A stretch of 64,000 nt of DNA from the sequence record SRR31156797_10522; one strand, given 5' to 3'. Below the pieces are notes generated by a model. That model had not been told where the DNA came from. It saw only the letters and a list, made by a program, of their open reading frames with translations, and made no database searches. A program made the translations under genes and the position numbers. Of the stretch, positions 18,433 through 29,628 are shown one piece after another. Each line of letters opens with the position of its first letter. Position 1 is the first letter of the stretch.

Positions 18433-19659
18433 ATGGGCAAATCAACATTTTCTTACGTTAAAATAATGCAGTATGTATTGATTTTATTGATGTTACTATC
18501 AGTGGAATCATTTGCACAAACTTCGGTCTCTACACTTAAAAAACGTAAAGAACAAAACGAAAAGGACATTGCCTATACCAATACACTTCTAAAAAATACA
18601 GTTAAGAATAAAAAGGTTAGCCTTGGTCGATTGACTCTCTTAAATCAGCGTATAAATGCTCGACAGGAATTAATAAAATCGATTGGAATTGAAATTTCAC
18701 AAATCGGTAAAGAAATTGATGAAATTAATTCTGAGATTGAAGATCTGGAAGAAGAATTAGACAAGTTGAAAAAGCAGTATGCAAAAGTAATTGTATATGC
18801 CTATAAGCAAAAAAATTCCTATGAAAAGCTATTGTTTTTGCTATCATCAAAAGATTTTAATCAGGCTTATAAGAGGTATAAATACCTACAACAATTTTCT
18901 GAATATAGCAGAAAGCAGGGCATAAATATTGGTAAAAAAAGAAAAAATCTTGATACAAAAGCTTTAGAATTGAAGAAGGTTAAAGTAGAGAAGGAAATTC
19001 TTTTGAGCCAAAAGACCGACGAAAATATTACACTTACGAACGAAAAAGGTGAGCAGGCTGCTTTAGTACAAAAACTAAAGAAGAGAGAAAAGCAGTTAAG
19101 AGATGATCTGCGCAAGCAAAAAAGATATACACAAAAGCTTGAGAAAGAAATTCAAAGAATAATTGCCAGACAAGCCAAATTGGCTACAAAATCGAAGAAA
19201 GGTTCTGGTAAATATGGCTTAACACCAGAAGAAAAAGTTCTGTCTGCAAATTTTGGATCTAACAAAGGAAAATTGCCTTGGCCAACCAAAACCGGTTTTA
19301 TTTCTGAAAAATTTGGAGAGCATCCACATCCGGTACTTAAACATGTAAGAGTCAGAAACGATGGTGTAAATATTACGACGGACGAAAAATCAGATTGTAG
19401 AACTATTTTTAAAGGTGAAGTCACTCATATTCTTTCCATGCCAGGATTGAATAATGTAATCATTATTCGTCACGGAGAATATTTTTCGGTATACTCCAAT
19501 TTGGCAACTGTAAATGTGAAAAAAGGCGATATTGTTAATTCCAAAGAAAAAATTGGTGTGGTATACACCGATAAGGCTCAAAGCACAACAGTTCTTAAAT
19601 TTCAGCTATGGAAGGGAAGTACTAAATTAAATCCTGCCATTTGGTTGTATCGTAATTAG
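18433..19659 (+). CDS. envC: Murein hydrolase activator EnvC family (degenerate M23)
   Basis: Long coiled coil, NKGKLPWP, M23 fold lacking Zn ligands (YSNL instead of YxHL). Confidence 0.82.
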   Translation: MGKSTFSYVKIMQYVLILLMLLSVESFAQTSVSTLKKRKEQNEKDIAYTNTLLKNTVKNKKVSLGRLTLLNQRINARQELIKSIGIEISQIGKEIDEINSEIEDLEEELDKLKKQYAKVIVYAYKQKNSYEKLLFLLSSKDFNQAYKRYKYLQQFSEYSRKQGINIGKKRKNLDTKALELKKVKVEKEILLSQKTDENITLTNEKGEQAALVQKLKKREKQLRDDLRKQKRYTQKLEKEIQRIIARQAKLATKSKKGSGKYGLTPEEKVLSANFGSNKGKLPWPTKTGFISEKFGEHPHPVLKHVRVRNDGVNITTDEKSDCRTIFKGEVTHILSMPGLNNVIIIRHGEYFSVYSNLATVNVKKGDIVNSKEKIGVVYTDKAQSTTVLKFQLWKGSTKLNPAIWLYRN

Positions 19660-19681
19660 TCAAAATCCGTAAGTAGATAGT

Positions 19682-22600
19682 ATGGAAAATAGTCGGGATG
19701 TTTTTATTGCGAAACTTGATCGTTTTATTCGTAAATACTATCAGAATCAATTACTGAGAGGTATTCTACTGAGTTTGGTTATTTTTCTGTCTTATTTTCT
19801 ATTTGTTAGTTTCTCGGAATACTATTTATATTTTTCGGTTCCTACAAAAACAGGACTTGTAATTGCGACGGGTCTTTTTGTTGGAATGGTTCTATATAGA
19901 TATATTATTAGACCCATTGTTGGTTTGTATAGAATTGGAAATGTAATAAGTTATAGGCAGGCAATTGAAATAATTGGAGAGCATTTTCCAAACCTCCAGG
20001 ATCGCCTATTAAATACATTAGAATTAACAGAGCTTTCCTATTCTTCCGAAAATTCTGAAGACACACTATTATTGGCGAGTATAAACCAAAGGATTGATTC
20101 TGTTCGTTTACTTCCATTCAGAAAGGCAGTATCCTTTAAGTCCAGTTTTAAGTACTTTAAATATTTAGGTGGACTAATTCTATTGGTGGTATTGGTGCAT
20201 TTTTTAATTCCAGGTTTGTATTCAAATAGTACCGAAAGATTGGTTCATTTTAACCAGAAATTTACTCCTCCTGCTGATTTCTTTTTTGTTTTAAACTCAT
20301 TACCCGAAGGGATAGAAAAAGGTTCTAATTTCGTCTTAAAAGCAAGTACAAAAGGAAAGTTTTCACCTTCTGAAGTTCATGTTCTTTTTGGAAATGCAAA
20401 ATATTTAATGAAAAAGGAATCAGGTGGAAACTTCACTTATTTGTTTCGAAATGTGAATTCTGATATTCGATTTTTTCTGGAATCGGAAACGGTAAGTTCC
20501 GATTTGTATAATATTAAAGTTTTATCGAAACCAAGTATTCGAAAGATGTCTATTTCCGTTGTTTCTCCGGCACATACAAAATTGAAAAATAGAACAGAAA
20601 AAAATATTGGAAGCATCAGTGTTCCAGAGGGTTCTGTTTTAGAATGGAAGCTACAAACAGAGTTTTCAAGAGCAGGAGAATTAATTTTTTCTGACTCAAC
20701 AGCCTATGGTACGGAAATATTCGATGGAAATGTTCTTAAATTTTCCAGAAAAGTTCAAAAAAAATTATCGTACTCTATTTTTTTGGAAAATGATGAATTT
20801 GGCAAAAATTTATTCGCTCGATACAATATTGATATCATTCCAGATTTGTATCCGCAAGTAAAAGTTAGCTCTCTTCAAGATTCATTAATTTCTTCAGGAT
20901 ATTATTTTAGAGGAATTATTAAAGACGATTACGGAATTTCAAAATTGAGATTTGTTTATCAATCCGAAAATAATCCTTCGGTTCATATTCCTATTTCAAT
21001 AAAAAAAAATTTGACTTCTCAAGAATTTTATTTTGCTTTCGATTTTTCATCGATTGATTTTAATGAAGGAACCAATGTGAAATATTTTTTTGAGGTTTTT
21101 GATAATGATGGAATCAATGGTTCAAAAAAAACAAGTTCTCAACAATTCAATTACTATATTCCAGATTCGAAAGAACTATACGATTTAAATACCGTAGTTC
21201 AGGATAGCATAAGTAATCAAATTCAAAAAAGTATTGAATTAAGTCAATCTATTCAGGAAGATATTTTAAGAATGCAAAAAAATGCCCTGGATGGTTCTAC
21301 TGAAAAATGGCAACAAGAACAATTGATTCAGGAAATTGGTTCAAAAAAACAGCAGCTTGATGATTTGCTAAAAAACATTTCCAAAGAAAATCAGCGCAAG
21401 AATAATTTAATGAATGCTTCAGGAATGGAAGATCCACAACTGTTGGAGAAACAGAAGCAGATAGAAGAGCTGATGAAAAAGGTGATGGATCCTGAACTTG
21501 AAAAACTCTTTGAAGAGTTTAATAAGTTGGCAGAAGATTTGCAATCCGAAAAATTAAATAAAGTTGGAAATCAATTAAAAATGTCGGTCGATGATTTTCA
21601 AAAACAATTAGATCGTAACCTACAATTGTTGGAGAGATATGAAATAGAACTAGGGACGAAACAAATTGCAGATAGAATTAATAAACTTGCTAACGAACAG
21701 GATAATGCAGCTTCGAAGCATAGAAAGGATAAAGAATTACTTAAAGAAAAACATTCTTTAGGGAAAGATAAGTGGGAGGAAATAGAGAAGGATTTATCAG
21801 ATTTGTTAGATAAGAATTCGGAAATTCAAAAACCTTATAACTTTGAGAATACAGAACAGGATAAACAGGAGATAAGTAATTCAATTGACAATTCAGGAGA
21901 TCAATTGGATAAAGGAAAAACAGGGAAGGCAGTTAAAGGAATGAAGGAAACGGCAAAAAAACAAAAGCAGTTTGCTCAGAAATTATCCGATAATATTGCC
22001 CAGAGTAGTTCTGCACAAATGAGTGCTAATATTGATAACCTTATACGATTAATGAATAATTTAATAGAGTTTTCATTCCAGCAAGAGGACGTTATTAAGC
22101 GATTTAAGAGAATAAATTATCGTAATCCTCAGTACGTTAAAATGATTGAAGATCAAGGAACACTTAAAGAGGAATATACATTAATTCAGGATTCTTTGCT
22201 TGCTTTATCAGCTCGTTCACCGCAAGTAGCTTCATTAATAGGAAATAAAATATTCGAAATTGAAAATGAGTTGGAGATTGCTTTATCTGAAGCTACTGAA
22301 AGAAGAAAAATTCAATCGGGTACGGCTCAACAAAAAGTACTAACCGAAACCAATGAATTGAGTGTATTTTTATCAGAAGCATTAAAACAACTAATGGAAC
22401 AGATGGCTAATGCAATGCCCGGAGATCAGTTAGGTGATAAAAAAGGAGGTAAGCCGTCTTTTTCAGGATTAAAATCAGGACAAGAATCATTAAAAAAAAT
22501 GTTGGAAGATTTAATTTCTGAAATGAAAAATGGAGAGGGTAAACCGACCTCCAAAGAGAAGCTTGGAAAGTTCTTGCAAAAACAGGAAATGTATCGACAG

Positions 22601-22975
22601 AATTTGAGTGAAATGCTTCAAAATGGAGGCTTAGGTCATGAAAGTGAAAAAATATTACGTGAAGTGACAAAAATGATTGACCAAATTGAATCAGATGTAT
22701 CTAATTTTTCTATAAATTCGAGTACTTTATTTCGTCAAAATCGAATCATCACAAAATTATTAGAGGCTGAAAAAGCCCATAGAGAAAAAGATTTTGATAA
22801 GAAACGTGAAAGTAAATCAGGAAAATTTTTAAAATTGAGTAACCCTAGAGAAATATTTGAGTATAAAAGAGTACGAACAGAATTTAATGATGTATTTTAT
22901 GACTCAAATGTTAAATTGTTCGATTATTATAATAAGTTGTACCTTGACTATATGATAAAATTAAATAATGACTAA
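19682..22975 (+). CDS. DUF4175-like large membrane-anchored coiled-coil protein
   Basis: FIRKYY.N.L.RG N-terminus, DDYG, EVFDND, Q/E/K-rich coiled C-terminus. Confidence 0.75.
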   Translation: MENSRDVFIAKLDRFIRKYYQNQLLRGILLSLVIFLSYFLFVSFSEYYLYFSVPTKTGLVIATGLFVGMVLYRYIIRPIVGLYRIGNVISYRQAIEIIGEHFPNLQDRLLNTLELTELSYSSENSEDTLLLASINQRIDSVRLLPFRKAVSFKSSFKYFKYLGGLILLVVLVHFLIPGLYSNSTERLVHFNQKFTPPADFFFVLNSLPEGIEKGSNFVLKASTKGKFSPSEVHVLFGNAKYLMKKESGGNFTYLFRNVNSDIRFFLESETVSSDLYNIKVLSKPSIRKMSISVVSPAHTKLKNRTEKNIGSISVPEGSVLEWKLQTEFSRAGELIFSDSTAYGTEIFDGNVLKFSRKVQKKLSYSIFLENDEFGKNLFARYNIDIIPDLYPQVKVSSLQDSLISSGYYFRGIIKDDYGISKLRFVYQSENNPSVHIPISIKKNLTSQEFYFAFDFSSIDFNEGTNVKYFFEVFDNDGINGSKKTSSQQFNYYIPDSKELYDLNTVVQDSISNQIQKSIELSQSIQEDILRMQKNALDGSTEKWQQEQLIQEIGSKKQQLDDLLKNISKENQRKNNLMNASGMEDPQLLEKQKQIEELMKKVMDPELEKLFEEFNKLAEDLQSEKLNKVGNQLKMSVDDFQKQLDRNLQLLERYEIELGTKQIADRINKLANEQDNAASKHRKDKELLKEKHSLGKDKWEEIEKDLSDLLDKNSEIQKPYNFENTEQDKQEISNSIDNSGDQLDKGKTGKAVKGMKETAKKQKQFAQKLSDNIAQSSSAQMSANIDNLIRLMNNLIEFSFQQEDVIKRFKRINYRNPQYVKMIEDQGTLKEEYTLIQDSLLALSARSPQVASLIGNKIFEIENELEIALSEATERRKIQSGTAQQKVLTETNELSVFLSEALKQLMEQMANAMPGDQLGDKKGGKPSFSGLKSGQESLKKMLEDLISEMKNGEGKPTSKEKLGKFLQKQEMYRQNLSEMLQNGGLGHESEKILREVTKMIDQIESDVSNFSINSSTLFRQNRIITKLLEAEKAHREKDFDKKRESKSGKFLKLSNPREIFEYKRVRTEFNDVFYDSNVKLFDYYNKLYLDYMIKLNND

Positions 22976-23375
22976 ATCTGATAACTTGTTGGTATTTCCT
23001 TCCGAACTAGAGAATATAAGTAGGGTTGAACGCTTGATAGATGATATTTCTTCATCCTACAATTTAAGCTCAGAAATCTATGGAAAAATTTCTGTGGCAA
23101 TTATCGAAGCTGTAAATAATGCTATTTTACATGGTAATCGATTGGATATCTCGAAAAAAGTAAAAATCGAGTACAATATCGATGAGGAAGCAATACAGTT
23201 TATTGTTGGAGATGAAGGTACAGGTTTTGATTTTGCTAATATTCCTGATCCAACTTTACCAGAGAATATAGAAAAAACACATGGGCGCGGTATTTTCTTA
23301 ATGAACCATCTTGCTGATGATATTGAGTTTAATGAAAATGGTGCCTTAGTAGAAATGAAATTTAGATTTGGATAA
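22968..23375 (+). CDS. RsbW-like anti-sigma/ATP-binding protein (HATPase_c_2)
   Basis: EAVNNAILHGN, DEGTGFD, GRGIFLM. Confidence 0.9.
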   Translation: MTKSDNLLVFPSELENISRVERLIDDISSSYNLSSEIYGKISVAIIEAVNNAILHGNRLDISKKVKIEYNIDEEAIQFIVGDEGTGFDFANIPDPTLPENIEKTHGRGIFLMNHLADDIEFNENGALVEMKFRFG

Positions 23376-23801
23376 ATGTTGATTACATATAATTCGTGTG
23401 AAACTGAAATTCCCGCGATTGATCAAAAGCGCATAAGCGATTGGGTCAATCGCGTTGTCGTTAATAATGGTAGTGAAATAGGAGAGATCAATTACTATTT
23501 TTGCTCAGACGACTACTTGTTACAAATGAATCGTGAACACCTTAATCATGATTATTTTACTGATATAATTACTTTTGATTATACAGTCGCTAATATTATT
23601 TCTGGCGATCTTTTTATAAGTGTAGATACTGTTAGAGATAATGCAGAAGATTACAAATGTGAATATTTCGAAGAACTTCATCGTGTAATAATTCATGGTG
23701 TGTTACATCTGTTAGGAATTGATGATAAAACAGATGAAGATCAGGAGATCATGACACAAAAGGAGGACGAATCATTAGTATTACTTTCCGAGATTCATTA
23801 A
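23376..23801 (+). CDS. ybeY: rRNA maturation RNase YbeY
   Basis: TDIITF, GDLFIS, HGVLHLLG. Confidence 0.93.
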   Translation: MLITYNSCETEIPAIDQKRISDWVNRVVVNNGSEIGEINYYFCSDDYLLQMNREHLNHDYFTDIITFDYTVANIISGDLFISVDTVRDNAEDYKCEYFEELHRVIIHGVLHLLGIDDKTDEDQEIMTQKEDESLVLLSEIH

Positions 23802-23950
23802 ATTTGTGAAATTTTTTAATTTATTTTACTCTGTTTCAATAGTTTAGATCGATAGGTGTTGATCTATTATTTTGGTATACAGTAGTTTAGAGTAAAATAT
23901 CTATCTTTGTAGATAGATAAGGAATATAGAATACAAATATCTGATATAGT

Positions 23951-25828
23951 ATGTTGCCTAAATATGATGTAGTAGTAGTAGGAGCCGGACATGCAGGATG
24001 TGAAGCAGCAACAGCTGCCGCCAATCTTGGTTCAACTGTCTTGTTGATTACAATGGATATGAATAAAATCGCACAAATGTCATGTAATCCGGCAATCGGT
24101 GGGATTGCAAAAGGGCAAATTGTAAGGGAAATTGATGCATTGGGAGGATATTCTGGTATTGTTACCGATCGATCTTCAATTCAATTTCGCATGTTAAATC
24201 GTTCAAAAGGACCTGCTATGTGGAGTCCGCGTGCACAGTGCGATCGAATGATTTTTTCTGCTGAATGGAGAAAAATTGTTGAAAATACCGATAATCTTGA
24301 CATGTGGCAGGATGCTGTTGTTGGTGTAATTGTTGAAGATGGAATTGTAAAAGGTGTAAAAACCAAACTGGGAATAGATATACTTGCAGAAACTGTTGTT
24401 TTAACCAATGGAACCTTTCTGAATGGTTTGATGCATATTGGTCGAAATAAGGAAACAGGTGGAAGATCTGCAGAACCCGCTTCATTTGGAATAAGTGAGC
24501 AATTAAAATCATTTGGATTTGAAGTTGGCAGAATGAAAACAGGAACTCCAGCTCGATTAGATGGAAGATCAATTGATTTTTCTGTGATGAAAAAGCAGGA
24601 GGGAGAAGAAGGATTTTATCAATTTTCATATTTAAATAATCATGTGGATAAAACGCTTCGTCAGCGCCCATGTTATATTGTTTATACAAATCCTGAAGTG
24701 CATGATAATTTAAGAGAAGGATTTGAAGATTCGCCTATGTACAATGGAACGATCCAAAGTACAGGACCTAGATATTGTCCGAGTATTGAATCGAAGCTTT
24801 CAACTTTTGCAGAGAAACAAGAACATCTACTGTTTTTGGAACCCGAAGGTGAATTTACACATGAATATTACATAAATGGATTTTCTTCAAGTTTAGCTTG
24901 GGATGTTCAATTGAAAGCATTGAAAAAAGTTCCAGGTCTTGAGAATGTAAAAATGTACAGACCGGGTTATGCAATAGAGTATGATTATTTCGCTCCAACA
25001 CAATTGTTTCATACATTAGAGACAAAGTTAATTTCCAACTTATATTTTGCAGGACAGATTAATGGAACTACAGGATATGAGGAAGCAGGAGCTCAAGGAA
25101 TGATGGCAGGAATAAATGCAAGTTTATCGGTACAAGGAAAACCTGAATTTACATTAAAAAGAGATGAAGCTTATATAGGAGTATTAATTGACGATTTAGT
25201 AACTAAAGGTGTTGACGAACCGTATCGTATGTTTACCTCTAGAGCTGAGTATCGGATTTTGCTTCGTCAGGATGATGCCGATGTAAGGTTAACTCCAAAA
25301 GCGTTTGATCTAGGCTTAGCTAATCAGGAGAGATTGGATTTGCTGGAAGAAAAAATTGCCTTTAGAAATAAGTTGGTTAAATTCTGTAAAGAATTTAGTT
25401 GTAAACCAAAATTTCTAAATCCGGTTTTAGAGAAATTGGGTACTTCACCTTTAAAACAGGGAGTGAAGTTATATGATATTATCCTAAGACCTCAAGTTGG
25501 AATTCTTGATCTTGTTGAGGATGTAAGTCCACTTAAAGAAGTAGTAGACGATATCCCAAATAGAAGAGAGGAGATAATTGAGGCAGCTGAGGTTTTGATA
25601 AAGTATAGTGGTTATATTGATCGTGAAAAATTGATTGCAGATAAGTTAACAAGATTGGAAAATATCGACATAAAAGATCGATTTGATTATACAAGTCTCC
25701 AATCAATATCCACCGAGGCTAGACAAAAATTAGATAAAATTAAACCTCAAACTATAGGACAGGCATCTCGAATATCGGGTGTTTCTCCTAGTGATATAAA
25801 CGTTCTTTTGGTGCTAATGGGACGATAA
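23951..25828 (+). CDS. mnmG: tRNA uridine-5-carboxymethylaminomethyl(34) synthesis enzyme MnmG (GidA)
   Basis: [52 protein letters not shown]. Confidence 0.99.
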   Translation: MLPKYDVVVVGAGHAGCEAATAAANLGSTVLLITMDMNKIAQMSCNPAIGGIAKGQIVREIDALGGYSGIVTDRSSIQFRMLNRSKGPAMWSPRAQCDRMIFSAEWRKIVENTDNLDMWQDAVVGVIVEDGIVKGVKTKLGIDILAETVVLTNGTFLNGLMHIGRNKETGGRSAEPASFGISEQLKSFGFEVGRMKTGTPARLDGRSIDFSVMKKQEGEEGFYQFSYLNNHVDKTLRQRPCYIVYTNPEVHDNLREGFEDSPMYNGTIQSTGPRYCPSIESKLSTFAEKQEHLLFLEPEGEFTHEYYINGFSSSLAWDVQLKALKKVPGLENVKMYRPGYAIEYDYFAPTQLFHTLETKLISNLYFAGQINGTTGYEEAGAQGMMAGINASLSVQGKPEFTLKRDEAYIGVLIDDLVTKGVDEPYRMFTSRAEYRILLRQDDADVRLTPKAFDLGLANQERLDLLEEKIAFRNKLVKFCKEFSCKPKFLNPVLEKLGTSPLKQGVKLYDIILRPQVGILDLVEDVSPLKEVVDDIPNRREEIIEAAEVLIKYSGYIDREKLIADKLTRLENIDIKDRFDYTSLQSISTEARQKLDKIKPQTIGQASRISGVSPSDINVLLVLMGR

Positions 25829-25844
25829 TGTTCCACGTGGAACT
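25829..25844. promoter_or_regulatory. parS-like site
   Basis: tgttccacgtggaact, 15/16 to TGTTCCACGTGGAACA, immediately after the mnmG stop. Confidence 0.8.
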
Positions 25845-25873
25845 AAGGAGTGTTTTAAGAAAGTTTACTCCTT

Positions 25874-25926
25874 AAAACGCCCGAAATTGCCTTTTTCTTT
25901 TGAAAAATGTCGATTTCGGGCGTTTT
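25874..25926 (+). terminator. Long hairpin/terminator after mnmG
   Basis: aaaacgcccgaaat ... atttcgggcgtttt 14-bp stem. Confidence 0.7.
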
Positions 25927-26082
25927 GGAAGATGGCATTACGCTATAAAGGAGTAGATTATCGATTAAGAAATTTCATATTTTATTTTCTTAATCTTACC
26001 TTAATTGTGGAAAACTAAAAGAAGTACAAAGTTTTTAAAAACCATTTTACTCAACATGTGATCATAGTAAAAAAACAAACAC

Positions 26083-27723
26083 ATGAATAATAAATACACT
26101 ATATCGGGAAAGGTTGTTGATGTAATTGCAAAGCAAATTACTCCAGCTGAAATTGTAATAGAAGAAGGAGTAGTCATTTCAATTCATCCTAAAGATGATG
26201 TTGATGATTGTTATATTTTGCCAGGGCTGGTAGACTCTCATATGCATATTGAAAGTTCACTTCTAATCCCAAGTCGATTTGCAGCAGAAGCTGTAAAATG
26301 TGGTACAATTGGTTTGGTAACTGATCCACATGAAATCGCAAATGTCTTGGGTGAAATTGGTGTAGATTTCATGATTAACGATGCAAAGAAAGTTCCTTTG
26401 GAAATAAAATTTGGAGTTCCTTCCTGTGTTCCCGCAACAGAATTTGAAACATCAGGATTCGTATTGGATAGTAATATTGTTGAGAGTTTACTTAAGCGAG
26501 AAGAGGTGGTCTGTTTGGCAGAGGTGATGGATTTTGTTGGCGTAGTAGAAGACGATCTTGAGGTTTTAAAAAAGATTGTTGCTTGTAAGAAATTAGGGAA
26601 GAAAATCGATGGTCATGCTCCAGGATTGAAAGGTTCTGATTTAAAAAAATATGTTGCGGCAGGAATTTCTGCAGATCATGAATGTTCTACTTTGGAGGAA
26701 GCTTTAGAGAAAATTTCATTAGGAATGATGATCCAGATAAGAGAGGGGAGTGCAGCAAAAGATTTCGAGGCTTTATCATCATTGTTAGAAACTCATCCTG
26801 ATAAAGTGATGTTGTGTACAGATGATTTACATCCCGATGACATGCTCGAATTAGGTCATATTAATTATCTAATAAAGCGAGGATTAAAAAAGGGTTTGGA
26901 TTTTTTCTCGTTATTAAGAGCTGCAAGTTACAATCCAATTCACCATTATGGTTTGGATATAGGATTACTTCAGGTTGGCGATTCTGCAGATTTTATAAAA
27001 ATTAATAATCCTGATGAGTTTTCTATTCAAGAAGTTTATAGAAAGGGTAATTGCATTTATAAGAATGGTGAAGTATCATTTGAAGTAAACAATGAGATTC
27101 TTCTAAATAACTTTAGCCGAAAAGCAATTGAATTATCGGAATTGGCAGTTACACCAAAGAATGGCAAGATTAGAGTGATGGTAGCTAAGGATGGAGATTT
27201 GATTACAGGTTCAATTTTATGTGATCCAAAAATTGAAGATTCAAATATCGTTTCAGATATGGACAACGACATTTTGAAAATTGTAGTCATGAGCCGTTAC
27301 GATAATGGTAAACCTGTAGTTGGTTTTGTTAAAGGTTTTGGATTTAAAAATGGGGCAGTTGCTGAAAGTATTGCTCATGATAGTCACAATATAATTGCAA
27401 TTGGAACTAGTGATAAAGAAATCGTACATGCAATCAATACTCTGATAGATTTAAAAGGTGGTATTGTCGCAGTAAATAATGGTGAAAGCCGTTTTGTAAA
27501 GTTGGAAGTAGCAGGTTTAATGTCGAACAAAACAGGGGAGGAATTGATACAGGATTATTCAAAATTAAGCGAATTTACTTCCAAATTAGGGTCTGATTTT
27601 AAATCACCATTTATGACTTTAGCTTTTATGTCTTTATTGGTAATTCCAAAATTAAAATTATCGGATAAAGGATTGTTTGATGTGAATAAATTTAAAGTAG
27701 TAGATTTGTTTGAGACTCATTAA
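26083..27723 (+). CDS. ade: Adenine deaminase
   Basis: PGLVDSHMHIESS, DPHEIANVLG, DGHAP, DHEC, IREGS, CTDD, AHDSHN. Confidence 0.95.
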   Translation: MNNKYTISGKVVDVIAKQITPAEIVIEEGVVISIHPKDDVDDCYILPGLVDSHMHIESSLLIPSRFAAEAVKCGTIGLVTDPHEIANVLGEIGVDFMINDAKKVPLEIKFGVPSCVPATEFETSGFVLDSNIVESLLKREEVVCLAEVMDFVGVVEDDLEVLKKIVACKKLGKKIDGHAPGLKGSDLKKYVAAGISADHECSTLEEALEKISLGMMIQIREGSAAKDFEALSSLLETHPDKVMLCTDDLHPDDMLELGHINYLIKRGLKKGLDFFSLLRAASYNPIHHYGLDIGLLQVGDSADFIKINNPDEFSIQEVYRKGNCIYKNGEVSFEVNNEILLNNFSRKAIELSELAVTPKNGKIRVMVAKDGDLITGSILCDPKIEDSNIVSDMDNDILKIVVMSRYDNGKPVVGFVKGFGFKNGAVAESIAHDSHNIIAIGTSDKEIVHAINTLIDLKGGIVAVNNGESRFVKLEVAGLMSNKTGEELIQDYSKLSEFTSKLGSDFKSPFMTLAFMSLLVIPKLKLSDKGLFDVNKFKVVDLFETH

Positions 27724-27754
27724 TTCCTTAAAATATTCTTCTAAAAATTAAATT

Positions 27755-29557
27755 GTGATTAAAAATAAGAATATCGATCATCTTAAATCTTTGGTTTCGG
27801 TTTTGCCAGAAGAACCAGGCGTATATCAATTTTTTGATGAGAATGACAAGATAATTTATGTAGGTAAAGCAAAGCGACTCAAACGTAGAGTTGCTTCTTA
27901 CTTTAATAAAGTTCATGACAACGCCAAGACGAATATAATGGTAAGAAAGATTACAGATATTCGTCATATTGTAGTCAATTCAGAGGAGGATGCATTATTA
28001 TTAGAAAATAATCTAATAAAGAAGCATCAACCCAGATACAATGTACTTTTAAAAGATGATAAATCCTTTCCTTGGATTTGTATTAAAAAGGAGAGATTTC
28101 CAAGAGTGTTTGTAACGCGTCATTTAACTAAAGATGGATCGGAATATTTTGGTCCTTATACAAGTGTAAAGATGGTTCGAACTCTTATGGATATGATTCG
28201 ATCATTGTATAAATTGAGGAATTGCAATTTAAGTTTATCAGCAGAAGGAATTGCAAATGGTAAGTTTAAAGTTTGTTTAGAATATCATATAGGTAATTGT
28301 AAAGCACCATGCATAGGGAAGATTAAAACTGAAGAGTATGATGATACCATTCAGGCTATACGAAATATCCTTAAAGGAAACATTAGGACAGTAACTTCTC
28401 ATTTAAAAGAGAAAATGAATGAATTTGCTGAGGGTTTTAAATTCGAAGAAGCTCATTTAATTAAAGAAAAACTTCAACTTCTGGATAAATACCAAAGCAA
28501 ATCTACAATCGTAAATCCATCAATTAATAATATTGATGTATATTCAATATTGGACGATGAAGATGCAGCTTATGTGAATTTTTTGAAAATTGTAAATGGT
28601 GCAATTATACAAGCTCACACCATAGAACTTAAAAAGAAAATAGAGGAGAGTAAGGAAGATTTATTACTATTGGCAATTACTGAAATTCGACAAAAAATTT
28701 TTAGTACAGCTAAAGAAATTTTGGTTCCATTTGAAATTGATTTGCCATTTGAAGGAATAAAATGCTTAGTTCCTCAACGTGGTGACAAACGAAAATTATT
28801 AGACTTGTCCTTACGAAATGTGAAATACTTCCGTCTCGATAAGTTAAAGAAAGGTGATAAGTCTCAAAAGCAAACGCATTCTGAACGAATATTGGAAAGA
28901 ATGAAATCGGATTTAAGATTAAAGGATTTGCCTACTCATGTGGAGTGTTTTGATAATTCGAATATTCAAGGTACCCATCCGGTTGCTTCTTGTGTTGTAT
29001 TTAGAAACGCAAGACCTTATAAAAAGGATTATCGACATTTTAATATTAAAACTGTAGTTGGTGCAAATGATTTCGCATCGATGGAAGAAATAATTTACAG
29101 GAGATATAAGCGATTACTTGAAGAGGATAAAACTTTACCACAACTAATCGTTATTGATGGGGGTAAAGGACAATTAGGTGCAGCATTAAATAGTTTGGAC
29201 AAATTAAATCTACGAGGAAAGATTTCCGTTGTTGGGATTGCCAAAAAACTTGAGGAGATATATTTTCCAGGCGATCCTTATCCATTGTATTTAGATAAAA
29301 ATTCTGAAACCCTTAAAACCATTCAATATTTGAGAAATGAATCGCACCGATTTGCAATTACATTTCACAAACAAAAAAGATCCAAGTCGTTTATAGGTTC
29401 AGAGTTGGATAAAATTGAAGGAATAGGACCTAAATCAGTTCAAAAGCTAATTCAAAGATTTAAATCCGTTGAAAATGTGAAAAATGCTACATTGGAGGAA
29501 ATCACTTTTGAATTGGGAAATACAAAAGCTTTAACTGTTTGGAAATATTTTAATTAA
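27755..29557 (+). CDS. uvrC: Excinuclease ABC subunit C
   Basis: PGVYQF..IYVGKAK GIY-YIG, ECFDNSN, IDGGKGQL, HhH GIGPK. Confidence 0.98.
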   Translation: MIKNKNIDHLKSLVSVLPEEPGVYQFFDENDKIIYVGKAKRLKRRVASYFNKVHDNAKTNIMVRKITDIRHIVVNSEEDALLLENNLIKKHQPRYNVLLKDDKSFPWICIKKERFPRVFVTRHLTKDGSEYFGPYTSVKMVRTLMDMIRSLYKLRNCNLSLSAEGIANGKFKVCLEYHIGNCKAPCIGKIKTEEYDDTIQAIRNILKGNIRTVTSHLKEKMNEFAEGFKFEEAHLIKEKLQLLDKYQSKSTIVNPSINNIDVYSILDDEDAAYVNFLKIVNGAIIQAHTIELKKKIEESKEDLLLLAITEIRQKIFSTAKEILVPFEIDLPFEGIKCLVPQRGDKRKLLDLSLRNVKYFRLDKLKKGDKSQKQTHSERILERMKSDLRLKDLPTHVECFDNSNIQGTHPVASCVVFRNARPYKKDYRHFNIKTVVGANDFASMEEIIYRRYKRLLEEDKTLPQLIVIDGGKGQLGAALNSLDKLNLRGKISVVGIAKKLEEIYFPGDPYPLYLDKNSETLKTIQYLRNESHRFAITFHKQKRSKSFIGSELDKIEGIGPKSVQKLIQRFKSVENVKNATLEEITFELGNTKALTVWKYFN

Positions 29558-29628
29558 TGGTATTTTATTAAAGTAATAGTATTAATTTTAAATTGCTCCT
29601 TATCAACACTTTAGAATTTATGCGATAC

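Noticed and set aside
25845-26082. oriC call downstream of mnmG
   Set aside because: Only one DnaA-box match and no clear box cluster or unwinding element; needs GC-skew data
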